Assembly (NCBI GenBank): GCA_965262915.1
Contig: OZ253564.1
Span: 1,088,001-1,152,000, forward strand
Source of the DNA: Candidatus Spongiisociaceae bacterium
GTDB taxonomy: Bacteria; Actinomycetota; Acidimicrobiia; Spongiisociales; Spongiisociaceae
Length of the DNA: 64,000 nt
Direction: 5' to 3'
Below the pieces are notes generated by a model. The model did no database searches, had not been told where the DNA came from, and was given only the letters and a program-made list of their open reading frames with translations. Within the stretch, counting starts at the first letter, position 1. Each line of letters opens with the position of its first letter. Below, piece by piece: positions 61,602 to 64,000 of this stretch. The translations under genes and the position numbers were made by a program.

Positions 61602-62596
61602 TCAGTCTTCGGTGAGGTTTTCGGAGCTCAGTTGATAATGGCGTCTGGCGTAGTCGGGGGAGATGTGGCCGTCGGCGGTCGGCTAGGACGGCCTGGGGGT
61701 CGCGTTCGAAGGGGGTCTCCGTAGCCACCTCCGCCGCCGGTGTAGCAGCGGACGGTGTCTCCTTTGCGGAGGGGCGTGCGGTTGGTCTTTAGGCGGCGGG
61801 TTTCTCTGGGGGTTCCGGGGTTGATGATTACTTCGGGGGGTGCTCCGTCCTTTCCGCCGTAGAGGCCCCAGGCGGGGTTGCCGGAGCGTTCGAATCAGAG
61901 GCTCATCTCGGTGTCGGTGGTCATCTGGTATTCCCTGATGATGCCGTTGCCTCCCCGCCATTGGCCGGGTCCGGCGGAGTCCTGGCGGTAGCTGTAGTCG
62001 GTGATCCGGGCGGGGAACTTGGACTCGAACACTTCGATGGGCATGTCGTGGAAGTTGCCGGACAGGGTCCAGATCATGCCGTCCTCCCCGTCGCGGCCTA
62101 GGGAGGGTCCCCATCCCCCCACGTGGGGTTCGTTGTCGAGGAACAGTCCGTTGGTGCGGGGGTTGATGCCGGTGAACTGGAAGATCATCCCGTCGCCGTA
62201 GTGGGCGGCCGGAACCGTATCGGGCAAGGCCGGGGAGAGAGCTAAACAGATCAGGTCGATCATCAGGCCCAGGGGGGTGAAGTAGAACTGGCAGGCGGCG
62301 GGGGAACGGGCGCCGAGTATCGACCCGGGTCGGGTTCGCACCTCCAGGGGCCGGAAGGTGCCTCCGTTGACGGGATGGTGTGAGTTGAAGAGGTATTTGA
62401 AGGCCAGGCGGCAGGCCGACAGTGTCTGGACGGCTCCACAGTTGATGGAATCCTGGCCCGGGCCGTCGGTGTCGCTGAGGTTGAAGATCAGGCGTTCTCC
62501 TTCAACGGTGATCTTCACGCGTATCCGGACGGGATCGTCTCCTACTCCGTCGGAGTCCAGGAAGCCTTCGGCGGTGTAGACCCCGTCGGGGATTGC
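61602..62596 (-). pseudogene. Hydantoinase B 3' half, copy G (longest)
   Basis: AIPDGVY..E.FLD.DG through the stop codon (..NLTED*); TGG-to-TGA nonsense change at 61895; 5' half absent. Confidence 0.92.
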
Positions 62597-62662
62597 TCAA
62601 GAACGGTCGTGGTGGTTGGCCCTTGGGTACGATAGGTTCGGAGCCCCAGAAGGAGAAGGCCG

Positions 62663-63703
62663 TTGCGTAGAGTCCCTACCACAGCCGCCGCCGGCGCCGA
62701 GTTGGTACCGATGTTCAGAGACCACATGGAGTTGTGCGGGGTCGGTCCCGGACAGACCGTCATGGCCTTCACCAACACCCAGAGCAACCCCGCCTACGTC
62801 ACCGCTCTGATGGGAGCGGTGAGAGTGCTGGGCGCCGACTTCTTCCAGATAGTGGTGGCGGCCGACGACTCCTGGATGAAGTCGCGCACCATTGTCGACG
62901 CCTGGAAAGGATGCGACATGGTGGTGGGCCTCCTGGCCAGCATGGGATCGCACTGGATCTACTCCGACGCCCACAACGAGGCTCTGGCGGCGGGCGTCCG
63001 CTCCCTGATGATCGAAGAACCTGAAGACCACCTGCGCCGCCTCTTTCCCATTCCGGTGATCCGCGAGCGCGGTGAGGCCAGCGTGAAGTACATGGGCATG
63101 TCGGACACGATGCGGGTCTGGTCAGAAGCCGGGACCGACCTGACGGTCCGCTACACGGGCCGGCCGCTCGGATGCCAGTACGGCTACACCGACAAGCCGG
63201 GACGGTGGGATCATTGGCCGTCGGGGCAGTGCGCAGTGGCTCCGCTGGAGGACTCGGCTGAGGGGACCCTGGTGGTGGACGCCGGCGATGCGCTTCTGCC
63301 GATGGGAAAGTACGTGGAACAGCCGATCCGTATGGAACTGCGGGAGGGCAGCATCGTCTCGATCGAGGGGGGTGCCGACTCCCGACTCCTGAAGGACTTC
63401 TTCGAGCTTCCCAAGGACAAGCGGGCCTACGGTCTTTCCCACATCGGATGGGGGTTCGAGCACCGGGCCAACTGGAACGCCCTCGGCCTGCGCTTCTGGG
63501 AAGGCGGGGGAATGATGGATACCGAGAGCTACTACGGCAACATGCTGATCGCTTTCGGCGCCAACTTCTTCCGCAAGCTGGGCGGAGAGAACCGCGCCGA
63601 TTTCCACTTCGATATTCCGACTCGCAGCCACTCCATCTGGATCGGGGATACCCAGATCATCGATCGGGGCAACTTCGTGGTGCCCGGGTTCGAACTGGAA
63701 TAG
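62663..63703 (+). CDS. NicX-like 2,5-dihydroxypyridine dioxygenase / M29 aminopeptidase-fold protein
   Basis: WDHWPSG, SHIGWG, GNMLIAFGAN, HFDIP. Confidence 0.75.
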   Translation: MRRVPTTAAAGAELVPMFRDHMELCGVGPGQTVMAFTNTQSNPAYVTALMGAVRVLGADFFQIVVAADDSWMKSRTIVDAWKGCDMVVGLLASMGSHWIYSDAHNEALAAGVRSLMIEEPEDHLRRLFPIPVIRERGEASVKYMGMSDTMRVWSEAGTDLTVRYTGRPLGCQYGYTDKPGRWDHWPSGQCAVAPLEDSAEGTLVVDAGDALLPMGKYVEQPIRMELREGSIVSIEGGADSRLLKDFFELPKDKRAYGLSHIGWGFEHRANWNALGLRFWEGGGMMDTESYYGNMLIAFGANFFRKLGGENRADFHFDIPTRSHSIWIGDTQIIDRGNFVVPGFELE

Positions 63704-63717
63704 TGGGGCACTCGAGC

Positions 63718-64000
63718 ATGCGACTCAAGGACAAAGTTGCGGTGGTCACCGGCTCCTCCCGCTCCATCGGGAGGGCCATCGCGCTCGGGTACGGGCGAGA
63801 AGGGGCCAAGCTGGTGGTCAACTACCGCAGTGACGAGGGAGCGGCCAACTCGGCCGTGGCCGAGATCGAGGCAATTGGGTCGGAGGCCATCGCGGTACGA
63901 GCCGACACCTCCTCATCCTCGGATGTGAATCGGTTGATGGCCGCCGCCGTCGATCGCTTCGGGCGGATCGACATCCTGGTCAACAACGCCGCGATCCTGA
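63718..64000 (+). CDS. SDR family oxidoreductase, 3'-partial
   Basis: MRLKDKVAVVTGSSRSIG...DILVNNA. Confidence 0.9.
   Translation, partial: MRLKDKVAVVTGSSRSIGRAIALGYGREGAKLVVNYRSDEGAANSAVAEIEAIGSEAIAVRADTSSSSDVNRLMAAAVDRFGRIDILVNNAAIL

Noticed and set aside
1-64000. CRISPR array, cas genes, reverse transcriptase, integron integrase or attC sites
   Set aside because: No regularly spaced short repeats or diagnostic motifs were seen by eye; the repeats present are long gene fragments.

Overview
High-GC actinobacterial DNA. SLH-domain proteins, an LLM/F420-type enzyme and many toxin-antitoxin (TA) genes suggest Acidimicrobiia, but that is inference. The window is a rearranged accessory region. 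It mixes intact catabolic modules (acyl-CoA/amidase operon, Rieske oxygenase, sugar/nucleoside ABC cluster, NicX-like enzyme) with TA/defence genes (Phd-VapC, MazF pair, Fic, RloA/B, DUF4143 ATPase, DprA, nucleotidyltransferases), IS elements (IS1380, ISL3, IS110, IS30 and IS21 remnants) and many gene fragments. Two structures stand out. (1) Seven diverged, same-strand partial copies of the 3' half of one hydantoinase B/oxoprolinase gene (34.2-62.6 kb), each separated by a different cargo block, with no integrase in view. (2) An IS110 element with a C-terminal HTH fusion, inserted inside an ISL3 terminal inverted repeat. Its non-coding end contains readable bridge-RNA-like guides matching that ISL3 end and its own circle junction. 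All calls come from reading the sequence and ORF track by eye; no searches or alignments were run.
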